Positions 54,230-64,000 of a stretch of 64,000 nucleotides of DNA are shown here, one piece after another. Numbering within the stretch: position 1 is the first letter of the stretch; each line of letters starts with the position of its first letter. The position numbers were made by a program, and so were the translations under genes. Source of the DNA: an uncultured Planctomycetaceae bacterium (GTDB taxonomy: Bacteria; Planctomycetota; Planctomycetia; Planctomycetales; Planctomycetaceae); contig CAWFGE010000012.1 in NCBI GenBank assembly GCA_963815195.1, forward strand, positions 192,001-256,000, written 5' to 3'. Under the pieces are notes generated by a model. That model searched no databases. It was not told the origin of the DNA and saw only the letters and a list, made by a program, of their open reading frames with translations.

Positions 54230-54297
54230 ATGTGTTAGGGTCAGCTTGAGCTTGACCTACCTGCCAAAGGTTTGATCGCGAACGTGGAGAGTTGATT

Positions 54298-55407
54298 ATG
54301 CAGATTCTTGCCACCAGAGTGGAGAAAGTTTTACTGGGCTTCGCATTCCTCTTCATCAATAACCTCGTCCTGGCCCAAGAATGGAGCATCGGGCTTCATG
54401 ATATCGCATTTGATGATCCTGTGCTGGATGCAATTCAAGCGGAAGCCGATGGAGTTTATGCCTGACGGAAAGACAGTAATCACGGCGGGATATTTCCATG
54501 ATGGCATGAAAAACACCGCCGTCGGCGAAGTTCGGCTGTGGAACGCGAAGGATGGTTCGCTTCGGAAGATTCTGCATGGCAAGGCCCGCACTTACGCCTA
54601 CCGCGCGGGCACTTTGGCGATTTCCCCGGACGGCAAGCGAATCGCCGCCGCTGGTCAAGATAAAAGTTCGTCAATATTTCATCGACGTTTTCGACGCCGC
54701 GACTGGAAAACTGCTGCACACGCTGAGTGGTGTTTGGTAAAGTGAATAGGTTCTCATCGGTTGCGTCGCATTCTCGCCCGATGGGAAGACATTAGCCGCC
54801 GCCCATCTCAAATGCCGACAGATTGAACTGTGGGATCCCGCGACCGGCAAACTGATAAAGCGTTTTAAAGCTCCGGCCATTTGGCCGATCGCTTACACTC
54901 CCGACGGCAAGATTTCTTGCGGTTGGAAACGGTGCGGGGTCCGTAGCGTTTCATCATGCGACGACCGGCGAGCCAATGGGAGAGATTGTCATAAAGCCCG
55001 ACCTCGGCTTGTCGGTGCGATCGCATTTTCTCCGGACGGAAAATGGATGGCGGTGGGCGGGTCTTCCGATTTCAATGGCAGTAGTCCCGTCTGCGTGTGT
55101 GAATGGAACCTTCAGCAAGGTGATTCCCCAAAGGTGACGGGCAAGGTCACGAAGCGATTTCACGGACATTCTGAGCATACCTATTCTGTGGCTTTCTCTC
55201 CTGATGGCAAATTCTTGGCGTCCGCAAATCAGGATCAGACCGCCCGTCATCTGGGATCTTCAGACGAACAATCATTTCCCGCCGATCACGACCGCCCAGG
55301 ATTTCGTTTATGACGTGGCCTTTTCGCCGGACGGCGATTCGTTGGCCGTCCTCAGCCGCGATCTGCTGATGCTTTGGAAAGTCAAGGCAGTTCGGAAAGC
55401 GAAGTAA
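54298..55407 (+). pseudogene. WD40-repeat protein broken by several frameshifts
   Basis: Fragments in different frames: FMPDGKT, AISPDGKR, VAFSPDGKT, GHSEHTYSVAFSPDGK and DVAFSPDG. Confidence 0.75.
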
Positions 55408-55434
55408 TCAACCCGAACGGGTGTGGGTCTGGTG

Positions 55435-56316
55435 ATGACGCATGAGAAGGGAGCCGAACCTGCGAAGTTTCAGCCATGGCATTTGCTGATTGCTGTCGCG
55501 GTTGTGTCCCTGGGGCTCGGTTTTTGGATCGGCCGCAGCACGGCTCCGCAGGGTGTTCCGAAAACTCCGCCCGCGGCCGGTCCGCCCGCCCGCGAGATTC
55601 CGGGAATGGCCGGGCCCTTTGCGTATGCCGGGCTGCCCCAGAGCAAGCCGGCGGTCCAGGTGGATCTGCTCGACAACCTGGCTTATATCGAGGCATATTC
55701 CGACGAGAAGCGTTGCCCGCTGTGGGCGGCGTATCGGCTCTTCCGGATCAAAAAACCTTTTCGGACGCGGGTCCACGACCATATGCGGATCGATCCGCGG
55801 ACCAAGGCCCAGGTCAATTATGACGATTACACGGGCAGCGGTTACGATCGCGGCCACATGGCTCCGAACCACGCCCTTGCGATTCGCTTCGGCGAGAAGG
55901 CGGCTTATGAAACCTACGTCATGTCGAACATCTGCCCTCAAGTCCCGCACTTGAACCGCGTGATTTGGAAAAAGCTCGAACTGAAAATCAGCGACGAGTG
56001 GGCCAACCGCTTCGAACAGGTTTGGGTCGTCACCGGCCCGGTGTTTGTTGCGCCTGACAAAACCCTTCCCAGCGGGGTCCACATCCCGGCCGCGTTTTAC
56101 AAAATCGTCGTCGATGAAGACGCCCAAACCGGCCGGCCGCGGATGATCGCCTTCGTGGTCCCGCAATACGCAGAGTCCGAAGATTTTCGCAGCTACCTCT
56201 CGACTGTGGACCAGATCGAAGCGCAGACGGGCCTCGATTTTTTTACCCAGCTTGATGACCCGTTGGAAGAATCCCTCGAATCCGCCGGCCCGGATGAGGA
56301 TTGGGATCTGGATTGA
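55435..56316 (+). CDS. DNA/RNA non-specific endonuclease (NucA/EndA-type), membrane-anchored
   Basis: YTGSGYDRGHMAP, MSNICPQ...LNR..W..LE, VVTGP and FYKI motifs. Confidence 0.92.
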   Translation: MTHEKGAEPAKFQPWHLLIAVAVVSLGLGFWIGRSTAPQGVPKTPPAAGPPAREIPGMAGPFAYAGLPQSKPAVQVDLLDNLAYIEAYSDEKRCPLWAAYRLFRIKKPFRTRVHDHMRIDPRTKAQVNYDDYTGSGYDRGHMAPNHALAIRFGEKAAYETYVMSNICPQVPHLNRVIWKKLELKISDEWANRFEQVWVVTGPVFVAPDKTLPSGVHIPAAFYKIVVDEDAQTGRPRMIAFVVPQYAESEDFRSYLSTVDQIEAQTGLDFFTQLDDPLEESLESAGPDEDWDLD

Positions 56317-56505
56317 GGGAAGAAAGCGCTGGCGACTGGTTCGCTCAGAAAAACCGGGGCTAAATCACTGTGCGCAATTTTCCGCGTTTTCTGATGCAGA
56401 TTCGAAGCACGAAGTCCGCGTTTCAGCCGTTCCAGCTTTCGTGTAACAGTCGTGCTACCGTCGCCGGCTGCACGAGCAAACGAGAGGTCAAAAGCAGAAG
56501 GTTTT

Positions 56506-56737
56506 AGGGCCGAAGGCCCGGCCCGATGTCAGCCCAGGACAAGCGCAGCGCCGTCCTGGGTTACGGATGATAAATGAAACAAAAGCCCCACCGGGGCGGC
56601 CCTATTTGACACTTCAATCTCACGCAGCGACCTGCGCCTCTCCGCTTTAGGGCCGCCCCGGTGGGGCTTTTGAAATTTGTTATTTCAGTTTCCCAGGACT
56701 TCGTCCTGGGCTGACATAGGGCCGAACCTTCGGTCCT
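56506..56737. repeat. ~230-bp nested palindromic REP-like element, copy B
   Basis: aaaagccccaccggggcggcccta / tagggccgccccggtggggctttt perfect arms, flanked by atgtcagcccagga / tcctgggctgacat and agggccgaagg / ccttcggtcct. Confidence 0.8.
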
Positions 56738-56921
56738 TTTTCCGTCATTCGTTTGGAATCGCGCACACGGATTTCAGCCCTGCGGCTAATTTTTTCATTT
56801 GGGTTTGACGCAGCGCACCGAAGGCCGGATCTGTCGGCCGTTTTCCGTCTTCGATATAATAGGGATCCATCGAAAGCCGGAACGTCCGGCTGGAATTTGA
56901 CTTCCTCGGGAGACAACGGCG

Positions 56922-57437
56922 ATGAAACCGAATGGGAAACGTTGGGCGGGCGGTTTGGGTGCGGTCGTGTTGGCGGCGGTTCTGTTGGCGCTGCCCGCGG
57001 CGGGGGCCCAGGACAAGGGCGGCCCCGAGGATGTGAAAAAGATTCCCGCCAAGGTGATGAAGGCCCTGATGAAAAAATTCCCCAAGGCCAAGATCACGAA
57101 ATGGACCAAGGAGAAGGAAGACGGCAAGGTGTTTTACGACATCGAATTTCAGCAGGAGAACAAGGATTTCGAAGCCGACATCCAGGAAAACGGCTCGATC
57201 CACAACTGGGAGAAAGAAATCCCGGAGAAGAGCCTGCCCGCCGCGGTCAAGAAAACGCTGCAGAGGAAATATCCCAAAGCCGAAGTCAAGGAAGTCATGC
57301 AGGTGACGGCGGTCTTTGAGGGCAAAGATCTGCTCGTCGGCTACGAAATCTTCTTGAGCACCGCCGATAAGAAGTCCGTCGAAATCACCGTCGGTTCCGA
57401 CGGCAAGGTGATTGAGGAATCGGGAGCCAGCGAGTGA
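56922..57437 (+). CDS. Secreted PepSY-like (BLIP-fold) repeat protein
   Basis: Signal peptide; two repeats IPAKVMKAL..KFPKAKI and LPAAVKKTL..KYPKAEV. Confidence 0.8.
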   Translation: MKPNGKRWAGGLGAVVLAAVLLALPAAGAQDKGGPEDVKKIPAKVMKALMKKFPKAKITKWTKEKEDGKVFYDIEFQQENKDFEADIQENGSIHNWEKEIPEKSLPAAVKKTLQRKYPKAEVKEVMQVTAVFEGKDLLVGYEIFLSTADKKSVEITVGSDGKVIEESGASE

Positions 57438-58646
57438 TCATTCCGCCGGCAGACCCAAAGCGAACACCGCCAGGCACGCCAGCGATAACACCGCGAACTT
57501 GGCGAGACGAAACGTGCGGCGGGGAAGCTCATGTGACTCCCACGCCACAAGAAACGCGACCAGGCATTGCAGGGTGTAATACAGGGCAAACGCCCGCGAG
57601 GCGTAGGCGATGATTTGAGTCACGTCGGTCTCCCACGTCAAGACGATGCTGACGATCAGAATCAGCCAATACGCATGCTGGGGCGAGACCTTGCGGTGCG
57701 TGATGTCTTCGATCAAGCCGCCCGCGCCTTCGTTGTCGGCGACGGCCGCGCTGAACTGGCTGCCGATGGCCGTGATCGAGAGCAGCACCGGCAGCACCAG
57801 CGCGACCGGCTGGGTCATGGTGATAATCCCGGTGACATCCGCCCCGAGGTTTCCCGTAAACAGCACTGTGGACAAACACAGGAAGATCAAATAGATCACG
57901 CCGGAGACGATTTGGGCCAACCGCATGGTGGCGATCCGCACGTCGGCGGGATGCTCATCGCCCAGGTAGCGGGACGTTTCAAAACCTTGGACCACGATCA
58001 ATAAGCCCAACAGCACCCGCAGCGATTTGAAATCGACCCCGGTGGGAATTGCGGGGAGTTGCCACGATCCTTCCGTTCCCAAGCGGACGTTATAAATCAA
58101 CAGGGCCAGAAGCAGCGAGCCGATCATGCCCAGGTTCAAGGCGACGGTGTACTTTTCGAGGTTTTCGAGCGTTCCCAGGCCGCGCCAAATGCCGATGCCA
58201 TTGATGAGCAAGAGCAGCGCCGTAGTCACGGCATGGGCGGCGATGGGGTTTTGGTAATCGATCGCGTTCAAAACGAACGCCGCGAGCAGTTGCAGGTAAT
58301 AGGTCACCGAAATGAAGTAGGCCCCGGAGAGGACGATCTGCGAGAGAAAGGCGATCGATTGAGCGGCTCCCGGACCGGAGTGTTCGATCGGCTCGAAGTG
58401 GCGAATGTTAAACCGAATCGCATCGCCCACGCCATAAGCCAGCACCAACAAAATGCCCATGCAAACCGCGGCGAGGTTGCCGACCGTGCTGCCGAGCAAA
58501 GGGGCGCAGACCAGAAACCCGCTGCCCATGATGGACGCGAGGGGCGTGACCATCGCTTTCCAAGTGGAGGAATCCTCCAGCCGCCGCGAGAAAGCCAGGT
58601 AAGACGCGAACACAAGCGTGGCCAGGACGATGAACGCATTGAGCAT
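57438..58646 (-). CDS. Multi-pass membrane protein, APC-superfamily-like
   Basis: About 11-12 hydrophobic segments; TPLASIMGSGFL and VQGFETSRYLG. Confidence 0.75.
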   Translation of the reverse strand: MLNAFIVLATLVFASYLAFSRRLEDSSTWKAMVTPLASIMGSGFLVCAPLLGSTVGNLAAVCMGILLVLAYGVGDAIRFNIRHFEPIEHSGPGAAQSIAFLSQIVLSGAYFISVTYYLQLLAAFVLNAIDYQNPIAAHAVTTALLLLINGIGIWRGLGTLENLEKYTVALNLGMIGSLLLALLIYNVRLGTEGSWQLPAIPTGVDFKSLRVLLGLLIVVQGFETSRYLGDEHPADVRIATMRLAQIVSGVIYLIFLCLSTVLFTGNLGADVTGIITMTQPVALVLPVLLSITAIGSQFSAAVADNEGAGGLIEDITHRKVSPQHAYWLILIVSIVLTWETDVTQIIAYASRAFALYYTLQCLVAFLVAWESHELPRRTFRLAKFAVLSLACLAVFALGLPAE

Positions 58647-58663
58647 GCCGCGGATCGTTCTCC

Positions 58664-59644
58664 CTACGAAACGTCTTGGATGAGTTTTTCCCGCTCGGCG
58701 AGTTTCAGGTCGTGGTCGGTCATTAAGCGGGCGAGTTCGCGGAAGCTGACTTTGGGGGTCCAGCCGAGTTTTGTTTGGGCTTTGCTCGCATCGCCTCGCA
58801 GGAGATCGACTTCCGTGGGGCGGAGCAAATTCTCATCGGTTTTGACGTAGTCTTCCCAATCCAGGTCGAGATAGCCGAAGACCTCTTCGAGAAACTCGCG
58901 GACCGAATGCGTCTCGCCGGTGGCGATCACGAAATCGTCCGGCTCGTCCTGTTGGAGCATCAGCCACATGGCTTCCACGTAATCGCCCGCGAAGCCCCAA
59001 TCGCGGCGGGCATCGAGGTTGCCCAGGTGCAGATCCGCTTGGAGGCCGAGCTTGATCCGCGCGGCGGCCCGCGTGATTTTGCGGGTGACGAAGGCTTCGC
59101 CCCGGCGGGGGGATTCGTGGTTGAACAGAATCCCGTTGGTCGCGAACATCCCGTAGGCTTCGCGGTAGTTCACCGTCTGCCAATAGGCATAGACCTTGGC
59201 GCACGCGTAGGGGCTGCGGGGATGGAAGGGGGTCTCTTCGGTTTGCGGGGTTTCCTTGACGCGGCCGAACATTTCGCTGGACGACGCTTGATAGAACTTC
59301 ACCTGCTGGCCGCTTCGGTCTTGGAATTCGCGGATCGCTTCGAGCACGCGGGTCGTGCCCACGCCGGTGACGTTCCCGGTGTGGACGGGCAAATCGAACG
59401 ACAGCCGCACGTGGCTTTGGGCGGCGAGGTGATACACCTCCGTGGGGCGAACGGCGGAAAGCACCCGGCCGAGGTTCGTGCCCTCGGCGAGATCGACGTA
59501 ATGCAGATTCGTGTCGGGATGGATAAACCCGTGCGAAGTCACGGCGGAAATCCCGTGGACTTCGTATCCCTTTTCGAGCAGCATCTCCGTGAGGTACGAC
59601 CCATCCTGCCCGGTAATGCCCGTAATGAGCGCCACTTCGGCCAC
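58664..59644 (-). CDS. gmd: GDP-mannose 4,6-dehydratase
   Basis: [46 protein letters not shown] and RDWG motifs. Confidence 0.95.
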   Translation of the reverse strand: MAEVALITGITGQDGSYLTEMLLEKGYEVHGISAVTSHGFIHPDTNLHYVDLAEGTNLGRVLSAVRPTEVYHLAAQSHVRLSFDLPVHTGNVTGVGTTRVLEAIREFQDRSGQQVKFYQASSSEMFGRVKETPQTEETPFHPRSPYACAKVYAYWQTVNYREAYGMFATNGILFNHESPRRGEAFVTRKITRAAARIKLGLQADLHLGNLDARRDWGFAGDYVEAMWLMLQQDEPDDFVIATGETHSVREFLEEVFGYLDLDWEDYVKTDENLLRPTEVDLLRGDASKAQTKLGWTPKVSFRELARLMTDHDLKLAEREKLIQDVS

Positions 59645-59789
59645 GCTAACACCTCGTTTCGCGAGCGAGATTCAAAGTCATCATGTTTCAAGAAGAACGT
59701 CTTCGCTTTGCGATTTTGCGTTAAAAACCAAGTCCAGGGAAAGAATCGTAGCAGGTCAAGGTTGAGGCTGACATCCCCGCGGGCGGGGG

Positions 59790-60029
59790 CTATTTGAGAA
59801 ACCGCAGCAGAACCAGAAGCAGCACGGCTCCCACCGTCGCGGTGATCAGATCGGCAATCAGGCCGACGGACGCAAACCCCAGCATGCGGAACACGAAGCC
59901 CCCGATCAAAGCCCCGATAACGCCGACAATGAGATTGCCCAAAAGTCCGAAGCCGTGGCCTTTCAGGAACTTGCCCGCAAGCCAGCCCGCCGCCAAACCA
60001 ATCAGCAAAACGTAAAGCAGGTGCAGCAT
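59790..60029 (-). CDS. GlsB/YeaQ/YmgE family stress-response membrane protein
   Basis: IGLAAGWLAG...GLLGNLIVGVIGALIGG...ATVGAVLLL. Confidence 0.9.
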   Translation of the reverse strand: MLHLLYVLLIGLAAGWLAGKFLKGHGFGLLGNLIVGVIGALIGGFVFRMLGFASVGLIADLITATVGAVLLLVLLRFLK

Positions 60030-60365
60030 GTCGTTTCTTTCCGATTCGGAACCGCCGGTCACAGGAATTGAGCTTGTGTTCCCCTGGATTATTCCATCAA
60101 AGTCCGCATCTGCCAAGGGGTTGTTTCAATTCGCCGCCCGCGAGTTTCCCAAGCGGGGAAGGTTTGCGGAGGGCGTCGGTTGCCGGGAACAGAGCGAGAA
60201 CCCGGCGGGACTTGGGCGAATTTGCCCCCGGAGATTGCTCTTGTGGGATTGCACTTGAGCCGGGTATTTTGCGCGGACGATTTCAGATGATGACCCGTTC
60301 CCTTCTTTTCATGTCGGCCTTCCGGGTCGGGCCGATGCGCGATCTCTTTCGGATGGGCAGGTCCC

Positions 60366-63300
60366 ATGACCGTACTTCCCCCTCATAAACCCGATCCCAA
60401 CGCGGATCCCGCTTCCACTTCCGAAACGTCCCGCAAACGCTTTCGCCGGCGGTTGGGAATGTTTTTGGGGCTGTTGTCACTCGGGGCCATTGTGTTTGCT
60501 CCGGTGTTCGTCGCGAAAACTTCGCTCAGACAGCGCATCTTGCCCATGTTGCTGCCGGAGTATCCCGCCCAAATCACCACGGGCCGGGCGTCGTTGTTAT
60601 GGTGGTCTTCCGTTGAGTTGGGCGATGTGCAGTTTCACGACACCGAAGGCAAGCCGTTTTTGCACATTGAGAAAATCACCAGCGAGAAATCCCTGATGGC
60701 CTTGTTGCTCGATCAGGTCCGCGTCGGCGGTTTTTATGTGGAACGGCCGGATTTAAAGATCCTCGTGCGGGATGATGGCAGCAACCTGGAAGATGCCATC
60801 GCCCCGCTGCTCGTGCCGACGGAAGATTCCCAGGGGCTCGATTGTGCGTTCCACGTCCGCGACGGAAAGATGGAAATCGTCGATGCCAAGACCCGGCGGA
60901 AGACCGAACTCGAAAACGTGCGGGCCGACGTGCGGCTGCCGCTCGATGCGGCGGAAGCGATCACCGTCCGCGGAGCGAGCGAGATTCTGAAAGCCGGCGC
61001 GGGCGGAAAAGCCGGCACGGTCGATTTCGATGTCTCCTATCGCCAATTCCCCCAAACCAGCACATCTCCCGCGGGCGAAGCGGGAACGCTGCGGCTGAAG
61101 ACCAGCGACCTCCGGCTCGCGGCTCTGTCGGCCTTGTTCGGCCGGCTGGGTCAGAACGTCGAAGTCACCGGCGTCGTCGTGTCGGATCTCTCGGCGGAGT
61201 TCAGCACCGGCGAAACGACCGCCTTCAAAATGAAAGGCGGCCTGAACGCCACGGGCTTCAGCCTCGCCGCTCCCCTTTGGTTGGGCGAGGACAAACTCAA
61301 GCTCGAATACCTCACCCATCAAGGCGAAATCGATTACCAGAACGGCGATGTCGATTTCAAAGACGCCAAAATCAAATCCGACGTGCTCACCTGTGAAGCC
61401 CACGGCATCTTGAAAGCCTCAGAGCTCATCCAGAAATGGCGGCAGGCGGCGGCGAAGATTCCGCTCGAGGAATTTCACCTCACCGGCGAAGTCAACGTCG
61501 CCCGCATCGCCAAAATGCTGCCCGAAACGCTTCGCCTGCGAAACGGCCTGGAACTGCAAACCGGCAAGCTGCTCATCGTCCTCGATGCGACGACCCAAAA
61601 CGCCGAGCACCAGCTCGCCGGTAAAATCAGCACCTCGCAAATCGCGGCGGTCGCGAACGGCCGGCCCATCGTCTGGGACCGCCCGCTGGAAGTCGATCTC
61701 AAACTCCGAAACACAAACACCGGTCCGGTGCTGGATGAACTCGCTTGCCGGTCGGACTTTCTTTCCCTCTGGGCGCAAGGGACGCCGGACAATGCGACCA
61801 TCAAGGCGGCGTGCAAACTCGATGTTTTGATGACCGAGCTCAACCGCTTCGCCGACCTGGAAGGCGTTCGCCTCGCCGGGCGGATTGATGCGGGGCTTAC
61901 GCTGCGCAGGCTCGGCCCGGAACTGGTTCGCGGAGCCGCGAGCGCGATCGTCAAAGATTTCCGCTTCAGCGTCGGCAGCGAACAACCTTGGGAAGAACCG
62001 CAGCTCATCCTGGCGGGCGGCGGCGATGTAATCTCTCCGCCGGATCAACCGCGAAGATTGCAAAACCTTTCCGTTCGCATCACCGCCGGCGATGATGAAT
62101 TAAAACTCACAGGGGCCGCACCCATTTCGTGGACCAAAGATTGGTCCGACCTGGCGGTCTCGGCGGAACTTCGCGGGAGCCTCGCCAACTGGCAAAATCG
62201 GCTCCGGCCTTTCGTTTCCACCTCCGGTTGGCGGGCGGGCGGAAACGTAATCGCGACCGCGAAGGCCAACATCTCCAAGCAGCAAATGACGCTCGACCAG
62301 TTCGCGGCGGATTTTCAAAACCTCGACGTGCAATCGTCGGCGGTGAATCTCAGCGAGTCGCGGGTGCATGTCGAAACCCAAGGCCAGTGGACCGCGGCGT
62401 CGCATACGCTCCGCCTGCCCAAAACGACCTGGGCCAGTCCATCGCTGTCGCTGCGGGCGGATGATCTGCAATTCATCGCCGCCCCCGAAGCCCCCGCGCG
62501 GACGACGGGCCGCGTCGTGTTTCGCGGCGGTGCGGGAGAGCTTTCGCGCTGGTTCGGTTTGGAAAAAGCGCTGCCGGCGGGCACGAATTTGAAAGGGATC
62601 GCTTCCGGGCAGATCGATTTGATCCTCGCCAACCAGGCCGCGGATGCCAACTGGAATTTACTGATCGAGAACGCAGCGCTCACGAAAGCGAACGCACCCG
62701 AGCCGCCGCCGGGCCTCGGTTTTCCGCCGGTCGGAAATCGCGGCATCCTTCAGCCGGAAATCGTGTGGGCCGAGGACCGTCTGGCGTTTCGCGGCGGCGG
62801 GATTTATGACTTCGCCAAGGGCCGCTTGGAACTCAGGCAATCGCAACTCGAAGCCCCGTGGCTGCGGATCGTGGCCGCGGGTAACATTGACGAACTCGCG
62901 ACAGAGGGCAACGCGAACCTCACCGGCAACTTGACGTGCAATCTCCCGCTGTTGGCGGAGCGGTTTCCCGATGCCCTCGGACCGAACGTGCAAATCGCGG
63001 GCAGCGACAGCCGGCCGTTTTCCCTTCGCGGGCCGCTGTGGAGCACCGCGGCCGATCAGCGAGTGCCGAACGACCTCGCCGCTTATGCCAGCCTGCCCTG
63101 GCAGCGGATTTCCTATTACGGACTCCAAATCGGCGCCTCGGAACTGCGGGCCGACTTGAACCTGGGCAGCGTGCAGTTGGGGCCTTTAGATGTTCCCGTC
63201 GGCAGCGGCCGATTGAAGCTCAAATCGCATCTGCCGCTGAACGCCCCGGCCCTGGCTTTGCAAATTGAAAAAGGGCCGCTTCTGGAAAACATCCATCTCT

Positions 63301-63935
63301 CGCCGGAACTCTGCCGGGGTTGGATCAAATACGCCGTCCCGGTCCTGGGCGACAGCACCCAAACCGAAGGCCGGTTCTCGGCGTCGCTCACCAACGAAGG
63401 TTTTATACCGCTGGCCAATCCCGCGGCCATGACCGCCGCCGGCCAGTTGGCGATTGAATCCGTCCAGATGAAGCCCGGCCGACTGGCGAATGCCTTCCTC
63501 GACGTGGTCAAGCAAATCAAAAGCCTTGTCCGGGGCGCTCCGGCGGGCGGCGTGCTGCCGGCCGAACAAACCCTGATCCGCTTGGACCGCCAGACGGTCA
63601 ACGTGCAATGCGCGAACGGCCGGGTCTATCACCAGAATCTGAAGATGGTCGTCACCGACATTCCGATCACCACGACGGGTTCGGTGGGCTTCGACGAGAC
63701 GCTGTCCCTCACCGCAGAGATCCCCATCGCCGACGATTGGGTCACACAAAATCGCATGCTCGCGGGACTCAAAGGGCAGACGCTCAAAATCCCCGTCAGC
63801 GGCACCCTAAGCCAACCGGTGTTAGACACAAGAGCGATCTTCGCCGCCCTCCGCCAAGCCGCCCAAAACGCCACCGGCCGGTTCATCGAAGATGAGCTAC
63901 AAAACCAATTCGAGCGGTTGTTCAAGAAGAAGTGA
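60366..63935 (+). CDS. Large AsmA-like envelope protein
   Basis: N-terminal TM anchor, long beta-rich body and C-terminal GSVGFDETL...IPVSGTLSQP typical of AsmA-like proteins. Confidence 0.7.
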   Translation: MTVLPPHKPDPNADPASTSETSRKRFRRRLGMFLGLLSLGAIVFAPVFVAKTSLRQRILPMLLPEYPAQITTGRASLLWWSSVELGDVQFHDTEGKPFLHIEKITSEKSLMALLLDQVRVGGFYVERPDLKILVRDDGSNLEDAIAPLLVPTEDSQGLDCAFHVRDGKMEIVDAKTRRKTELENVRADVRLPLDAAEAITVRGASEILKAGAGGKAGTVDFDVSYRQFPQTSTSPAGEAGTLRLKTSDLRLAALSALFGRLGQNVEVTGVVVSDLSAEFSTGETTAFKMKGGLNATGFSLAAPLWLGEDKLKLEYLTHQGEIDYQNGDVDFKDAKIKSDVLTCEAHGILKASELIQKWRQAAAKIPLEEFHLTGEVNVARIAKMLPETLRLRNGLELQTGKLLIVLDATTQNAEHQLAGKISTSQIAAVANGRPIVWDRPLEVDLKLRNTNTGPVLDELACRSDFLSLWAQGTPDNATIKAACKLDVLMTELNRFADLEGVRLAGRIDAGLTLRRLGPELVRGAASAIVKDFRFSVGSEQPWEEPQLILAGGGDVISPPDQPRRLQNLSVRITAGDDELKLTGAAPISWTKDWSDLAVSAELRGSLANWQNRLRPFVSTSGWRAGGNVIATAKANISKQQMTLDQFAADFQNLDVQSSAVNLSESRVHVETQGQWTAASHTLRLPKTTWASPSLSLRADDLQFIAAPEAPARTTGRVVFRGGAGELSRWFGLEKALPAGTNLKGIASGQIDLILANQAADANWNLLIENAALTKANAPEPPPGLGFPPVGNRGILQPEIVWAEDRLAFRGGGIYDFAKGRLELRQSQLEAPWLRIVAAGNIDELATEGNANLTGNLTCNLPLLAERFPDALGPNVQIAGSDSRPFSLRGPLWSTAADQRVPNDLAAYASLPWQRISYYGLQIGASELRADLNLGSVQLGPLDVPVGSGRLKLKSHLPLNAPALALQIEKGPLLENIHLSPELCRGWIKYAVPVLGDSTQTEGRFSASLTNEGFIPLANPAAMTAAGQLAIESVQMKPGRLANAFLDVVKQIKSLVRGAPAGGVLPAEQTLIRLDRQTVNVQCANGRVYHQNLKMVVTDIPITTTGSVGFDETLSLTAEIPIADDWVTQNRMLAGLKGQTLKIPVSGTLSQPVLDTRAIFAALRQAAQNATGRFIEDELQNQFERLFKKK

Positions 63936-64000
63936 GGCCAAAAGAACGATTGCCAAAGAACGGAAAAAGGCAGGCGGGAGCTACAAAAACTTGGACAAGG

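Noticed and set aside
53287..56316. Nuclease plus WD40 plus DUF1559 as a toxin or defence cassette
   Set aside because: The nuclease is an ordinary membrane-anchored NucA-type enzyme; no immunity gene, secretion marker or mobility gene supports a system.

Overview
GC-rich bacterial chromosomal segment that looks like a planctomycete (Planctomycetaceae-like). Markers are four DUF1559 prepilin-type genes, an arylsulfatase, a PQQ-propeller protein, multiheme cytochromes, Hanks kinases and many intergenic palindromic repeats. The window spans the probable replication origin: a short dnaA, an oriC-like spacer with DnaA boxes and DnaA-trios, then dnaN, dciA(DUF721) and gyrB. Housekeeping genes include trpG/pabA, a cyclophilin, a phnP-like hydrolase, gltA, pyk, pdxJ and gmd. 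About ten genes are split by small indels, often in homopolymer or dinucleotide runs. These are most likely long-read consensus errors, and they hide several multidomain fusions from the ORF track. The most notable repaired gene is a Ser/Thr kinase - transmembrane helix - four-heme cytochrome c fusion (17614-20578, minus), a candidate redox-sensing receptor kinase. Also notable are a kinase-FGE gene paired with a 1600-aa WD40/Ig-like/pseudo-caspase gene, and a probable 6S RNA (6484-6678, minus) that the ORF track cannot show. No CRISPR array, rRNA, tRNA, transposase or prophage was recognised. All calls are by-eye motif recognition; no database searches were run.
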